A stretch of DNA of 54,029 bases from Candidatus Micrarchaeota archaeon (GCA_043809425.1 JAZDDV010000070.1:1-54029); one strand, 5' to 3'; positions 15,528 through 25,232 are shown, numbered from the stretch's first letter. The notes: generated by a model from the letters alone, not told the origin. Numbers and translations are program-made.

Positions 15528-16912
15528 ATGAAAAAATAAGGAAAATATTCGAACCAAAATCAATTGCCATTTTCGGCGCTTCACCCAAGCCGGGCAAGAT
15601 CGGCTATGTCATCCTACGGAATCTGCTGGATGGCAAGTACCAGGGTGGAATTTATCCGATAAATCCAAAGTACGACGAGGTATTCGGCATAAAATGCTAC
15701 AAAAACATCAGCGAAGTAAAGGGCGGAGTTGACTGCGCGATAGTCGCGACGCCTGCAGAAACCGTACCGCAGATAGTAAAGGAATGCGGCCGGAAAAAGG
15801 TTGGTGGTATGGTGGTGCTAACCGGCGGTTTCGAAGAAGTTGGAAGAACAGACCTGGCAGAGCAGTTGAAAAAATACGCGCTGCAGTACGACATACCGGT
15901 AATCGGACCGAACTGCCTTGGTATTTACAATCCCTACAACCGTGTTGACAGCATCTTTTTTCCGATGTACAAGCTTGGCAGGCCAAACCCAGGCGGCGCA
16001 TCATTCATAACCCAGAGCGGTGCAGTAGGTTCGGTAATAATTGATTTGGCCGCGAATTATAAGATCGGTGTCTCGAAATTCATCTCCTATGGTAATGCCA
16101 CCGTGCTCGATGAAACGGATTTGCTTGAATTCCTGGCGAACGATTCGAAAACAACCGTTATCGTGCTCTATCTGGAAGGGGTAAAGAAGGGTAGAAAACT
16201 GCTTGAAACAATGAAAAGAATAAACAAGAAAAAGCCAATACTCGCCCTGAAAGCCGGACGCGGCGAACAGGGGAAACAGGCGGCGGTTTCACACACGGGA
16301 AACCTGGCCGGAAATTATCTTGCCTACAAGGCCGCGTTCAGGCAGGCGCGGGTACTTGAAGCAGCTGATGTGGAAGAGTTGTTTAACCTTATGCGAATTT
16401 TCACGCAGCCGCTGGCAAAAGGCGAACGCGTCGCAATAATCACAAATGGTGGCGGCCTCGGCGTGCTGGCAACAGACGCAGTTGAAAAAGAAGGTCTGTT
16501 GATTAGTGAGTTCAACAACAAAACCAAAGAAGAATTGAAAAAAATCCTACCGCCCTATGCCAATATACGGAATCCGCTAGACCTGATCGCCGATGCCACG
16601 GTCGATATGTATGAAAAAGCGATAGATTTGTTCATGGTTGATGAAAATGTAGACATTCTGGTTGTTTCGGTGTTATTTCAAAGCCCAAGTATTGACGAAC
16701 GATTATTACATGTTTTAACAAAGGCATCAGACGACCAGAAAAAACCAATTATAGTTGTTTCGATGGGTGGGGAATACACGGAAGTTTACAGGAAGATTTT
16801 GGAAAGTAAAGGCGTACCCACATTTTCTTCGCCCTCGGCTGCGATAAGGACACTTAAGAAATTTGTCGAATACTCGAACTACATGGTTGCATTAGGTGCA
16901 AAAAAAGACTAG
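15524..16912 (+). CDS. acdA: ADP-forming acetyl/acyl-CoA synthetase, alpha subunit (CoA-binding plus ligase-CoA domains)
   Basis: PKSIAIFGAS, IYPINPK, GPNCLGI, SQSGA and VSHTGNLAG (phosphohistidine loop). Confidence 0.85.
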   Translation: MNEKIRKIFEPKSIAIFGASPKPGKIGYVILRNLLDGKYQGGIYPINPKYDEVFGIKCYKNISEVKGGVDCAIVATPAETVPQIVKECGRKKVGGMVVLTGGFEEVGRTDLAEQLKKYALQYDIPVIGPNCLGIYNPYNRVDSIFFPMYKLGRPNPGGASFITQSGAVGSVIIDLAANYKIGVSKFISYGNATVLDETDLLEFLANDSKTTVIVLYLEGVKKGRKLLETMKRINKKKPILALKAGRGEQGKQAAVSHTGNLAGNYLAYKAAFRQARVLEAADVEELFNLMRIFTQPLAKGERVAIITNGGGLGVLATDAVEKEGLLISEFNNKTKEELKKILPPYANIRNPLDLIADATVDMYEKAIDLFMVDENVDILVVSVLFQSPSIDERLLHVLTKASDDQKKPIIVVSMGGEYTEVYRKILESKGVPTFSSPSAAIRTLKKFVEYSNYMVALGAKKD

Positions 16913-17047
16913 TTATAGGGAGGTCGTAGTTCCATTATTATTATATCGTTAAAAAACAAAGTTTATAAATAAAATGTAACTATAGATACATTAAAAAAAG
17001 ATAAAGGATAAAGTAAAAAGAAGTTAAAAAAGAAGAAAGTGGATTTT

Positions 17048-17290
17048 ATGTTGGTTTATTTATTTGATTTGAAATACCAGACGAAAAAACAATTTAACCG
17101 GATCAAACGTAAATTTTACTATAATTTAGGGTTATTAAACTTGAAAAAAGAATGTTTTTTTACCAAATCAGGGCTTGTAATCGACGAGAGAGACGAGGTA
17201 AAAACAGATAATTTTTTTAGGCGGTTCAAAAAAATTGAAAAAGACATTATTATTTACAAATTTTTTACAACATCAATGGAAGAATTCTAG
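17048..17290 (+). CDS. Small basic hypothetical protein (80 aa) in an AT-rich islet; possible Cas2/PaaX-C-like ferredoxin fold
   Basis: ORF with strongly AT-biased codons. The pattern MLVYLFDL-helix(KKQFNRIKRKFYYNL)-strand(ECFFTKSGLVI)-helix-strand(IIIYKFF) resembles the Cas2-type beta-alpha-beta-beta-alpha-beta layout. No other support. Confidence 0.35.
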   Translation: MLVYLFDLKYQTKKQFNRIKRKFYYNLGLLNLKKECFFTKSGLVIDERDEVKTDNFFRRFKKIEKDIIIYKFFTTSMEEF

Positions 17291-17328
17291 AGGGTAGAAT
17301 AGTGGAAGTATGGGGGGTGCGCCCAGCC

Positions 17329-18918
17329 TTACAAAAGTGCTGCTACGTCGATCTGGCAAAGGAAAATTGAGTATTCGAGGCCGTAAACGTCCGCTATTTT
17401 TTTAGCTAGTTTTCCAAACACACCACACTGCTTGCCAGCGTGAAGTAGATTAGCTGCATAGGGCTGCTCAAAATATGCCAGCTGCGCGTTCTCTAACTTA
17501 AATTCCCGGCCGCATTCCCTAAACAAGGTTTGCAACACACCACGCGCTTTGGAGAAATCAAGACTCTTATCAACAAGAGCAAAAACCAACACTGTTTTTT
17601 CTTTTCCAGCGACTACGGTTCCTACTTCGTAAAATGATTGCGGCAGACCGCGCATTTTGTTTTTTACTAGTATTTCAACCAGCGCAGGCAACGCCGTACT
17701 TCGAATGGTAGTGTATTCCACAGTCTTTGGGTTGAGAACGTCTATACCTTCCTGCCCGAACTCAGCTAACTTTTCCTTGCTTATGAGGATTGGTGTTGTT
17801 ATTTCATTAAAACCAAGCCGCGCCATTGTATCCCCGAGTCTTCTGCCTCTTGTGTTTTTCTTTCCAGGATGGAAAAAATTGGGTGTTGTCGGTTCGAAGT
17901 TATTGTAACCATAGACGATTGCAACGTCTTCAATAACATCGACATTATTTATGATGTCTGTGCGGTAGGGCGGTGCGTAAACCTGGCCCTTTTCCACCAA
18001 ATAACCCATGCGCCCGAGCATTTCGTTTATTTTCTCCTTCTTCAATGCTACACCAAGGATTTTTTCAACTTCTTTTTCAGTAATATTTACTTTTTTATAT
18101 TCAAGTGCAGGGCCTGTTTTCTTTTCCTTTTCGTATTCCACCGTAACCGTATAGGCCATCCCGCCCAAATCCAGGAAATGGCAGGTGAGTATGTTCAGCG
18201 CCTGGGTTATGCTGGTCTCATCCATTCCCGTCACTTCTATGAAAACATCTTTGGTGCTTTCATCTACCTTGCCCGTTTCCTCAGAGTTAACGATAGGTAT
18301 CAGGGCCAGGATATTATTGTTAGCATCAAGATAAACCGGCAGCTCTTTGTTCCCTTTGATAAGGTACCCGTAGGCAATTCCTTTCGGGTGCTTCTCCAGT
18401 ATCTCTGCAGCACTTGTTTTCTTGCCAGTGTAATTCAACGGAACGTAAGCTATGGCAGAACTTTTCATCGTCGTGTACTTGAGTGGGAACTGGATTTTGT
18501 CAAGCGGGTAAATTCCTATGCCAAATCGTTTCACTATCCTGCCTAATGTGAAGATCAGTTTTTCCTGCAGCACCACGATATCGCGTATTTTCAAATCATT
18601 GAGTTTTAGACCTTTGATGACTACGGCAGTTGTGTAGGGCCTTATTTTAGCTACTGTTTTATCCACGACAATGCGGTAATCGCCCTTGGCGGCGGCGTAC
18701 TTCTTTACTTCTTTCTTGTTGTAGGCATGCAGCGCCCTGGCAAGGCCAGTAATAGAGTACCAATCAGGCCGGTTGGGTGTTATTTCGGCGAATATTTTCC
18801 CGGTTTCCGGGTCTACTTCTGCCGGTGCGCCAATTTCGCTCAGGATTTCCACTACCTTGTCTTTTGGCATGCCGAGAAGTTCTTTGAAATCAGAATATTC
18901 AAATTCCACTACGACCAT
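17329..18918 (-). CDS. pheT: Phenylalanyl-tRNA synthetase beta subunit (archaeal type)
   Basis: 529 aa with an archaeal PheT-like B3/4 and B5 layout (ITPNRPDWYSITGLARAL...). The partner pheS is present elsewhere in the window. Confidence 0.9.
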   Translation of the reverse strand: MVVVEFEYSDFKELLGMPKDKVVEILSEIGAPAEVDPETGKIFAEITPNRPDWYSITGLARALHAYNKKEVKKYAAAKGDYRIVVDKTVAKIRPYTTAVVIKGLKLNDLKIRDIVVLQEKLIFTLGRIVKRFGIGIYPLDKIQFPLKYTTMKSSAIAYVPLNYTGKKTSAAEILEKHPKGIAYGYLIKGNKELPVYLDANNNILALIPIVNSEETGKVDESTKDVFIEVTGMDETSITQALNILTCHFLDLGGMAYTVTVEYEKEKKTGPALEYKKVNITEKEVEKILGVALKKEKINEMLGRMGYLVEKGQVYAPPYRTDIINNVDVIEDVAIVYGYNNFEPTTPNFFHPGKKNTRGRRLGDTMARLGFNEITTPILISKEKLAEFGQEGIDVLNPKTVEYTTIRSTALPALVEILVKNKMRGLPQSFYEVGTVVAGKEKTVLVFALVDKSLDFSKARGVLQTLFRECGREFKLENAQLAYFEQPYAANLLHAGKQCGVFGKLAKKIADVYGLEYSIFLCQIDVAALL

Positions 18919-19460
18919 TTTCCATCGCCCGCCGTGTTTTCGTAGATTTTTGCGACTATAAAACCGCCAGCCAAGCCAAGTAAATGCGCAGAATGCGCGA
19001 TATTGTCCACCTGGCCCATACCAACTACTTCTATCAATGCATATAAAATCCCTGCTACGGCTATCGGCAGTGGTATCAGGTAGACGTAAACCGTCATTTT
19101 AGGTTCAAGTACTACCAGCGCACCGATTATCCCGAATATGGCGCCAGATGCTCCAATTGCCATATCTCCCGGTGCGCTAAATGCCTGGAAACCCAACCCC
19201 CCTATTATGCCTGAGGCCAGGTAGATTATCAGGAACCAGGTTCTTCCCACCTTCCGTTCCAGGTAAAGGCCGAACATAAGCAGGGCAAACATGTTGAAAA
19301 GCAGGTGCATGAAATCCGCATGCAGGAACATGCTTGTGACAAGCCGCCAAGGTTCCGAGAAGGTAAGGCCGCTGATAAGCGAGAAGTTCTGCAGCATCCA
19401 GGGGTCCTGGAACAGGAACGCGGCAATACATAACAATAGGAGTGCGAGTGTAATTATCAT
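18909..19460 (-). CDS. Rhomboid family intramembrane serine protease
   Basis: 6 TM helices, GASGAIFG (GxSG) and the catalytic His in AHSAHLLGL. Overlaps the pheT start by 10 nt. Confidence 0.85.
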   Translation of the reverse strand: MIITLALLLLCIAAFLFQDPWMLQNFSLISGLTFSEPWRLVTSMFLHADFMHLLFNMFALLMFGLYLERKVGRTWFLIIYLASGIIGGLGFQAFSAPGDMAIGASGAIFGIIGALVVLEPKMTVYVYLIPLPIAVAGILYALIEVVGMGQVDNIAHSAHLLGLAGGFIVAKIYENTAGDGKWS

Positions 19461-19469
19461 TTTCTCACT

Positions 19470-20828
19470 TCAGCAATTGCACTGCTGCCATACTTTTTTC
19501 TTACCCAGTTTCTGGACAAATGGGCTGTTGTACTTGCCGGCGATACAGCCTTCGCATATTGGCAAACCGATCGCTTTCTTCAAACCTTCTTTCGAAAGGT
19601 AGGCAAGGCTGTCAGCGCCTATGAATTTCCTTATCTCATCGATTTTCATGTTGTTGGCAATCAGTTCCTCATAGGTCGGCATGTCAACTCCGTAGAAACA
19701 CGGTGAGATGATGGGCGGGCTTGGTATGCGTACATGCACTTCCTTTGCACCGCCCCAGCGGACCAGGGCAACAATCTCCTTCATGGTAGTGCCACGCACT
19801 ATGCTGTCATCAATAAGTACAACGCGTTTGCCTGCCACAACGCTTCTTATCGGGTTGAGCTTGAGTTTTACCGCTTCCCTGCGCTTGTCCTGCGACGGCA
19901 TGATGAAAGTCCTGCCGATGTACCTGTTTTTTATCAGGCCTTCGTCGTAAGAAACGCCAAGCCTTCGTGCGTAGCCAGTTGCAGCGGTTCTTGAAGTATC
20001 CGGTACTGGCACCACTATGTCGCAGGCAGCAGGTGCCTCTTCCGCAAGTATCTCTCCAAGGGCAATTCTCACTTCATGAACGCTCTTGCCGTTGATGGTG
20101 GAATCTGGCCTGGCAAAATAAACGAATTCAAACATACAATTTTTTCTTTCCTGTTGGTTCAGTATTTTTTTCTCGAAATTTTTAACCCGGATAAACGAAC
20201 CGTGTTCAACTTCACCTTTCAGCGGTATGTGATTGATGTCCAACGCAACGCTTTCCGAAGCGAACATCACGAAATCCTCGTTTTCTCCCCATACAAGCGG
20301 CCTAATGCCGTGCGGATCCCGGAATATGTATAACTCTCCGTCGTGGATTACTGCGTCTGAAAATGCGCCTTCAAAATCATTCATTATGTTTTTGGCGCCT
20401 TCTTCCATGCCATATTTATCAATATAATAAGCCATCGGCTCCGAGTCCACAGTGGATTTGAATTCGTAGCCCCAGGATTCGATTTTCTTTTTGAGTTCGT
20501 CGTAGTTAGCCAGATGCCCGTTGTGCGCAACAGCAATTTTTTTGTATATGCTTGGCTGCACGTCCTGGATGCGGCATTCGCCTATGGTCGGATAGCGCGT
20601 ATGGCCAATGTCGACACTGCCTTTCACAAACAGGTCCTGCTTGCTGTATATCTGTTCTACCAGACCCAGGCCCTTTTTGTCCACTATCTTCTCTCCATCA
20701 AAAACTGCAAAACCAGCCGCGTCCTGGCCCCGGTGCTGAAGAGCAATAAGCGCCTTGTATAAAAGCGGTGCAACACCTTTCCCGGTTTTGGAATAGATGC
20801 CTACCACTCCACATTCCTCTCTTAACAT
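19470..20828 (-). CDS. purF: Amidophosphoribosyltransferase
   Basis: Ntn-type N-terminus MLREECGVVGIY, a PRPP loop (VVLIDDSIVRGTT) and C-terminal Cys residues. Confidence 0.93.
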   Translation of the reverse strand: MLREECGVVGIYSKTGKGVAPLLYKALIALQHRGQDAAGFAVFDGEKIVDKKGLGLVEQIYSKQDLFVKGSVDIGHTRYPTIGECRIQDVQPSIYKKIAVAHNGHLANYDELKKKIESWGYEFKSTVDSEPMAYYIDKYGMEEGAKNIMNDFEGAFSDAVIHDGELYIFRDPHGIRPLVWGENEDFVMFASESVALDINHIPLKGEVEHGSFIRVKNFEKKILNQQERKNCMFEFVYFARPDSTINGKSVHEVRIALGEILAEEAPAACDIVVPVPDTSRTAATGYARRLGVSYDEGLIKNRYIGRTFIMPSQDKRREAVKLKLNPIRSVVAGKRVVLIDDSIVRGTTMKEIVALVRWGGAKEVHVRIPSPPIISPCFYGVDMPTYEELIANNMKIDEIRKFIGADSLAYLSKEGLKKAIGLPICEGCIAGKYNSPFVQKLGKKKVWQQCNC

Positions 20829-20873
20829 AAGAATTCTAATAGCTGAAATGAATTAAAAGCTTATCCGGCTGCT

Positions 20874-21917
20874 CTAGCCAAACCAGTTGTCCAGCTTTCT
20901 CTGGCTGCCAGTTTCTTTGAGCCTTTCCTTCACAGCGCTCATGACTGAAGAGATGCGTTCTTCGCTAAAATCATGTTCTTTGACCAGCATTTCGCGCACC
21001 TGGTCTTCATCCATGCTTTTCCAGACTGGCTTTTCAGCCAATTCCATTATTTTCGGCTTCCGGAAAATTTCCATCACGTCTTCCGGTTCCACTTCAAAAG
21101 TATAACCGTACTTTTGCACCGTGTATTTTATTATTTCATCAAAGGTTTTGTGTTCTTTCACGATTTTCAAAGCTGTTTTCGGGCCCACACCTTTCACGCC
21201 CTTGTTGAAATCCGTGCCGACCAGAATTCCGATGGTTATGAGCTGCTCCAGATCAAGACCAGCTGCCTGCAGCGTTTCCGTAAGCCTGATTTCTTCTGGT
21301 TCGATAATGATATATCGATCCTGCCGGGGAACCTTACGCTTTCCGGTGATGGAGATGTTTCGCACAAGAACCGGTGCGCCGAAAAGTATGGCGTCGTAGT
21401 CTTGCGATGCAGCCGCATAGGCAATGCCTTGTTGCACCATGGCCGCCGCCTGCGCTTCCCCTTCGCTTGGTGCCTGCACCCAGGGAATGCCCATGCCGTC
21501 CAGCAGTTTTTTTGCTTCGGCTACCATTTCTGGGGTAAGCCTGGAAGTCGCCTGCGCAAAACGTTTTGCGTCCTCCAACCGTTCCTCTTCCACTGCCTTT
21601 TTCCATTTTTCCAATGCCGCCTGTTTTGCCGCAGCACGTTCTTCATGCGTCCTACGCTTCAGGTCTGATGGTTTTCCATCAAAAACATAAACTGGTCGTA
21701 TGTTGTTTTCAAGCAGTTTTGAGCTTCTGTAAAACAGACCTGAAAGGTGCGCAGTGACACGGCCCTTGTAATCCATGAGCGGGGTACCATCTTCCTGCCG
21801 TATTGATGCAAGGAATTGATACAGCACATTGTAGGCGTCTATTGCGATTATCTTGCCGCCTAGGCTGTCCAATGTTATTTTGTGCTTTATTGCCAGGTCT
21901 CCCAGGTCTACGCCCAC
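20874..21917 (-). CDS. fen: Flap endonuclease 1
   Basis: GTG start giving MGVDLGDL, then AIDAYNVLYQFL, VYVFDG, EGEAQ and a helix-3-turn-helix (GVKGVGPKTA). Confidence 0.93.
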   Translation of the reverse strand: MGVDLGDLAIKHKITLDSLGGKIIAIDAYNVLYQFLASIRQEDGTPLMDYKGRVTAHLSGLFYRSSKLLENNIRPVYVFDGKPSDLKRRTHEERAAAKQAALEKWKKAVEEERLEDAKRFAQATSRLTPEMVAEAKKLLDGMGIPWVQAPSEGEAQAAAMVQQGIAYAAASQDYDAILFGAPVLVRNISITGKRKVPRQDRYIIIEPEEIRLTETLQAAGLDLEQLITIGILVGTDFNKGVKGVGPKTALKIVKEHKTFDEIIKYTVQKYGYTFEVEPEDVMEIFRKPKIMELAEKPVWKSMDEDQVREMLVKEHDFSEERISSVMSAVKERLKETGSQRKLDNWFG

Positions 21918-22390
21918 TACTTTTCACCCTCGTCTATTAGATCGCCCAGCGTAGGTTCAGAGAATTTCTGCTTTGAAAGAGTAGGGGTAATTGACGACGT
22001 TACCTTTTCTATGAGTTTTATGCCTAGTTCTTTTTCCAGTTTTTTCGCCAGTGCCAGCGTAGGTGCTAGCTCTCCCCGCTCCACCCGTTCCAGATAACCA
22101 TGTTTTTCATTTATTCGTTCTGCCACCACTGCAGTCGTAAGGCCCAGCCTATCCCGTGCATCGCGGATGATTTTTCCATAGTTATCGATTATTTCTTCGG
22201 TTTCTTCCTGCCGCGGTTTTACTGTGGCCATGAAGCTATTGTTTTTGGCAGTAGGTTCTTCGTCCAGATAGAACAATACCTTCTTGCCATAGGCACAGTT
22301 TTTGCAGGCGCGCAGCTTGGCGCCCTCTATCTGCACTATGCCGAATACGCCGCCTCTACCGCAAATTTCGCACGTTTCTCTCTCCCGCAT
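21917..22390 (-). CDS. Archaeal MBF1-like protein (N-terminal zinc ribbon plus C-terminal XRE-type HTH)
   Basis: CEICG...CKNC and IRDARDRLGLTTAVVAERINEKHGYLERVERGE. Confidence 0.8.
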   Translation of the reverse strand: MRERETCEICGRGGVFGIVQIEGAKLRACKNCAYGKKVLFYLDEEPTAKNNSFMATVKPRQEETEEIIDNYGKIIRDARDRLGLTTAVVAERINEKHGYLERVERGELAPTLALAKKLEKELGIKLIEKVTSSITPTLSKQKFSEPTLGDLIDEGEK

Positions 22391-22394
22391 ATAA

Positions 22395-22988
22395 TCAACT
22401 TCTCTGTGGTTTTGCCCTTATGAGCACAAGCTTTTCAAAAAAGAATGATTGTTCTTCTATCACATCAGCCTTAAAACCGTTTTTGTTCAGTAGCTGCAGC
22501 ACTTCCTCTACTCCAGTCAAGCTGCTGACAAGGAGAAGCAGTCCGCCATTTTTCTTCAGGTAGGCCGGTGCCTGCTCTATGAACCTTGCGATCGTTTCCC
22601 TGCCAGTTGCGCCTCCGTCCAGTGCTGCATTTAGCTTGCCGTTGACTTTATCTCCTTTAGTTGTGGGCAGGTAGGGCGGGTTGAAGACAATCCAGTCGAA
22701 CTTATTCTTCACTGCTGCAAAAAGATCGCTTTTGTAGATCTTAACGTTTTTTACATGGTTTAGTTCTGCGTTCTTCTTGGCAAGTGCCACTGCTGCTGCG
22801 TTTATGTCTACTGCTTCCACTTCGTTGGCTGGTGCCGTAGCTGCGCATTCCAGTGCGACAATGCCGCTGCCGCACCCTATCTCCAGTATGCGGCCCCGCA
22901 GCAACCGAGTATGCTTTGCCAGCAGCAGCGAATCCTCTGCCGGTTCGTAAACATCTTTTGCCGTCTGTATCTTTAGGGCGCTTGCCAT
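22395..22988 (-). CDS. Mtq2/HemK-type N5-glutamine methyltransferase
   Basis: VYEPAEDSLLL, EIGCGSG and FNPPY motifs. Confidence 0.8.
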   Translation of the reverse strand: MASALKIQTAKDVYEPAEDSLLLAKHTRLLRGRILEIGCGSGIVALECAATAPANEVEAVDINAAAVALAKKNAELNHVKNVKIYKSDLFAAVKNKFDWIVFNPPYLPTTKGDKVNGKLNAALDGGATGRETIARFIEQAPAYLKKNGGLLLLVSSLTGVEEVLQLLNKNGFKADVIEEQSFFFEKLVLIRAKPQRS

Positions 22989-23027
22989 GCTACAACCTTT
23001 TAATTTGTTTGCTACAAAAATATTTGT

Positions 23028-23663
23028 ATGGATGAAGTTCTTTTATTCCTTCTCAAATCAGGCGCAGCTAAAGCGCCTGCTGCAATTACCACGGGCGAGC
23101 TTGGTTCGGCACTGGGCATGACGCAGCAGAACGCTTCCCGGCGTCTGCAGCAGCTGGAGCAGCAGGGTCTAGTAAGCAGATCTTCTGATGGTATAATGGT
23201 AACTTCGACAGGGATAAAGGACGCGCGCAAGGTTTATGCCATTATGAAAGAGGCATTTGAAGGTAGTGTAAAACAAGTTCGCGGTTCAGTTGTAAGCGGG
23301 CTTGGCGAAGGCCGGTTTTATCTTTCAATTCCTGAATACCAGCAGATGCTAAAGAATCTGCTTGGTTTTGTGCCCTACGCAGGCACGCTTAATCTCAAGC
23401 TTGATGAGTCAGAGCTTTGGAAAAAAGACGCGGTTCTCCTGCGCGCAGTGGCAACACCCGGTTTCACATCCGGCAGCAGGAAATACGGGGGAGCGCTTAT
23501 ACGGCCATGTACTATCGGAGGCAAAAAGGCAGCGATTGTTTTTCCCGAGCGAACGCATCACCCGGAGAATATAATAGAAGTAATAGCAGAAGTTAATCTG
23601 CGCGAAGCACTTAGGAAAAAAGACGGCGATGAGGCTGTGCTTAAGCTGGAGGGCCAGCTATGA
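23028..23663 (+). CDS. ribK: CTP-dependent riboflavin kinase with N-terminal winged-helix domain (RbkR-like)
   Basis: N-terminal wHTH (ITTGELGSALGMTQQNASRRLQQLEQQGLV). The kinase core shows VSGLGEGRFYLSIPEYQ...GFVPYAGTLNLKL. Confidence 0.85.
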   Translation: MDEVLLFLLKSGAAKAPAAITTGELGSALGMTQQNASRRLQQLEQQGLVSRSSDGIMVTSTGIKDARKVYAIMKEAFEGSVKQVRGSVVSGLGEGRFYLSIPEYQQMLKNLLGFVPYAGTLNLKLDESELWKKDAVLLRAVATPGFTSGSRKYGGALIRPCTIGGKKAAIVFPERTHHPENIIEVIAEVNLREALRKKDGDEAVLKLEGQL

Positions 23664-24994
23664 AAGGCTATGCGCTAGGCGATTCAATTGAGCTGGCGGG
23701 CGTGATAACGCACAGCCGTCCTGGTCGCGGTGGCGTTGAGTATACCATTCATACCGGTGAGCAGAAAGTTTCTTTTTTCTCTCAGGAGAACATGCCAAAA
23801 GGCAGCGAGCTGGCAATTAGTGCCAAGATAACTGGCTTGCTGCCAATGCAGATTTCAGTGCAGGCAGTGCAGCAGCAGAAAGGAATCTACGAACAGGTGG
23901 CAAAAAAGATAGAAGAAAAAGTGCAGCTTGGCGGCTTTCTTCTTGCCAATCCGGTAACCGAACAGCTTGCCGAGCAATTCAAGGCTGTTGCCAGGCGGTT
24001 GCACAGCGCGAAAGAGCTTAATCGTAATGTGCTGCTGCGATTTCATGGCGATGCAGACGGAATTGCAGGCGCATTGGCATTGGGCGAAGTCGCATTTTTC
24101 AAACCGCTGCAGCAAAATTCAGCTGTTTATTCGCAAAGAGAATCAGTTGGCGACCTCAGCTATCTTTATCATGAAGAAAAACCGCTGGTTATACTGCTTG
24201 ATTTCGGCTCCAATGCAAAAAGTGCCAAACAACTTGAGATATTGCGCGCTTCAGGCGCCGAATTAATACTAATTGACCACCATCCGCTTGAGATGGAGGC
24301 AAAACCAATTCCGCATCTTGTGCTTTCTCCCTGGCTTGCTACAGTTGAAAATCCATCAAGCTATACAGCCGGCTATCTGGCTGCGGAAATTGCGCATCTT
24401 CTCGGTGCGGACAGCGCCAAATATGCGAAAATCGCCTGCGCAGGAGATAAGAGCCACGTCTATGAACCTGGAGATGAAGATAAGAAATCCGCATTGGTAC
24501 TTGATTATCTTGCAGCTAATATAAGTTATGGCAACAATCTCAGTTTCTACAAGAACGTGCTGGAAAAGCAGGAGCTTTTTTCATCGATTTATCTGCAGGC
24601 GCGCGAAAATATAGATGCGGCTGCTGAAAAAGCGATGGTAAAGATGAAAAAGCGCGAGAAAGGCGAACTGCAGATTTTCATCGTGCCGCTTGCCGGCATA
24701 ATCAACCGCGGTGAGTTTCCAAATAGCAGCAAAATAACTACTGCAATTCTTGAGCGCGTTAAAAGCGACAAGCCCACAATCATAATCGGCTATAGGAGCA
24801 GCACGCTTATCCTGCGGGCCAGCAAGGATTGTGTTGCGCGCGGTATTAATTTTGCAGATATAATTCAGCGGCTTTCCAACAAATTCGTCGGCGTAATCCG
24901 AACTGGTGGCGGACATGCGACCGCCGCAGCAATCCATGTCCACAAGGATTATGAGCAGACGGTGATTGATGCTCTAATCGAAGAAATAAAATAA
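23660..24994 (+). CDS. DHH/DHHA1 phosphoesterase with N-terminal OB-like domain (archaeal RecJ/GAN-like)
   Basis: HGDADGIAGA, LLDFG, IDHHP, AGDKS and GGGH motifs. ATGA overlap with ribK. Confidence 0.75.
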   Translation: MKGYALGDSIELAGVITHSRPGRGGVEYTIHTGEQKVSFFSQENMPKGSELAISAKITGLLPMQISVQAVQQQKGIYEQVAKKIEEKVQLGGFLLANPVTEQLAEQFKAVARRLHSAKELNRNVLLRFHGDADGIAGALALGEVAFFKPLQQNSAVYSQRESVGDLSYLYHEEKPLVILLDFGSNAKSAKQLEILRASGAELILIDHHPLEMEAKPIPHLVLSPWLATVENPSSYTAGYLAAEIAHLLGADSAKYAKIACAGDKSHVYEPGDEDKKSALVLDYLAANISYGNNLSFYKNVLEKQELFSSIYLQARENIDAAAEKAMVKMKKREKGELQIFIVPLAGIINRGEFPNSSKITTAILERVKSDKPTIIIGYRSSTLILRASKDCVARGINFADIIQRLSNKFVGVIRTGGGHATAAAIHVHKDYEQTVIDALIEEIK

Positions 24995-25004
24995 AAAAGA
25001 AAGA

Positions 25005-25232
25005 TCAGTACTCTTCTGGCGTCCCTATATCGCCACCGTCAGGTAAAGCCGGATATGCAAGGTCCTGGTCAGAAGGCAAATCACTCTCACTTACAACAGG
25101 CGTCTTGGTGGCCGGGCCAGCTTGCGCGGCTCCGTTTCCACCAGCTGTTTTCCCCCCAATACAGCCAAAAAGCAGCAGGCTGAAAATCAGTACAATGGCA
25201 GCTATAGTTAATTGTTTTTTCATATCACGCAC
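25005..25232 (-). CDS. Small lipobox-containing secreted protein (75 aa)
   Basis: MKKQLTIAAIVLIFSLLLFGC followed by a Gly/Ala/Pro-rich, low-complexity acidic tail. Overlaps the upstream gene stop by 8 nt. Confidence 0.45.
   Translation of the reverse strand: MRDMKKQLTIAAIVLIFSLLLFGCIGGKTAGGNGAAQAGPATKTPVVSESDLPSDQDLAYPALPDGGDIGTPEEY

Noticed and set aside
16913-17328. Possible CRISPR-Cas remnant because of the Cas2-like ORF
   Set aside because: There are no direct repeats, spacer-like periodicity or other cas genes in or near the islet. The Cas2 resemblance is only a secondary-structure-pattern impression.
17869-18546. 225-aa plus-strand ORF antisense to pheT. Similar long antisense ORFs occur at 20973-21668 (fen), 44532-45149 (pheS), 13615-14179 (copA), 34361-34894 (proA/proC), 33013-33513 (proB/proA), 36518-36994 (tkt), 47778-48230 (nadK), 53030-53455 and 40670-41131.
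   Set aside because: Each lies entirely inside a strongly supported gene on the opposite strand. They have Cys/Phe/His/Arg-rich, low-complexity translations typical of shadow frames and carry no motifs.
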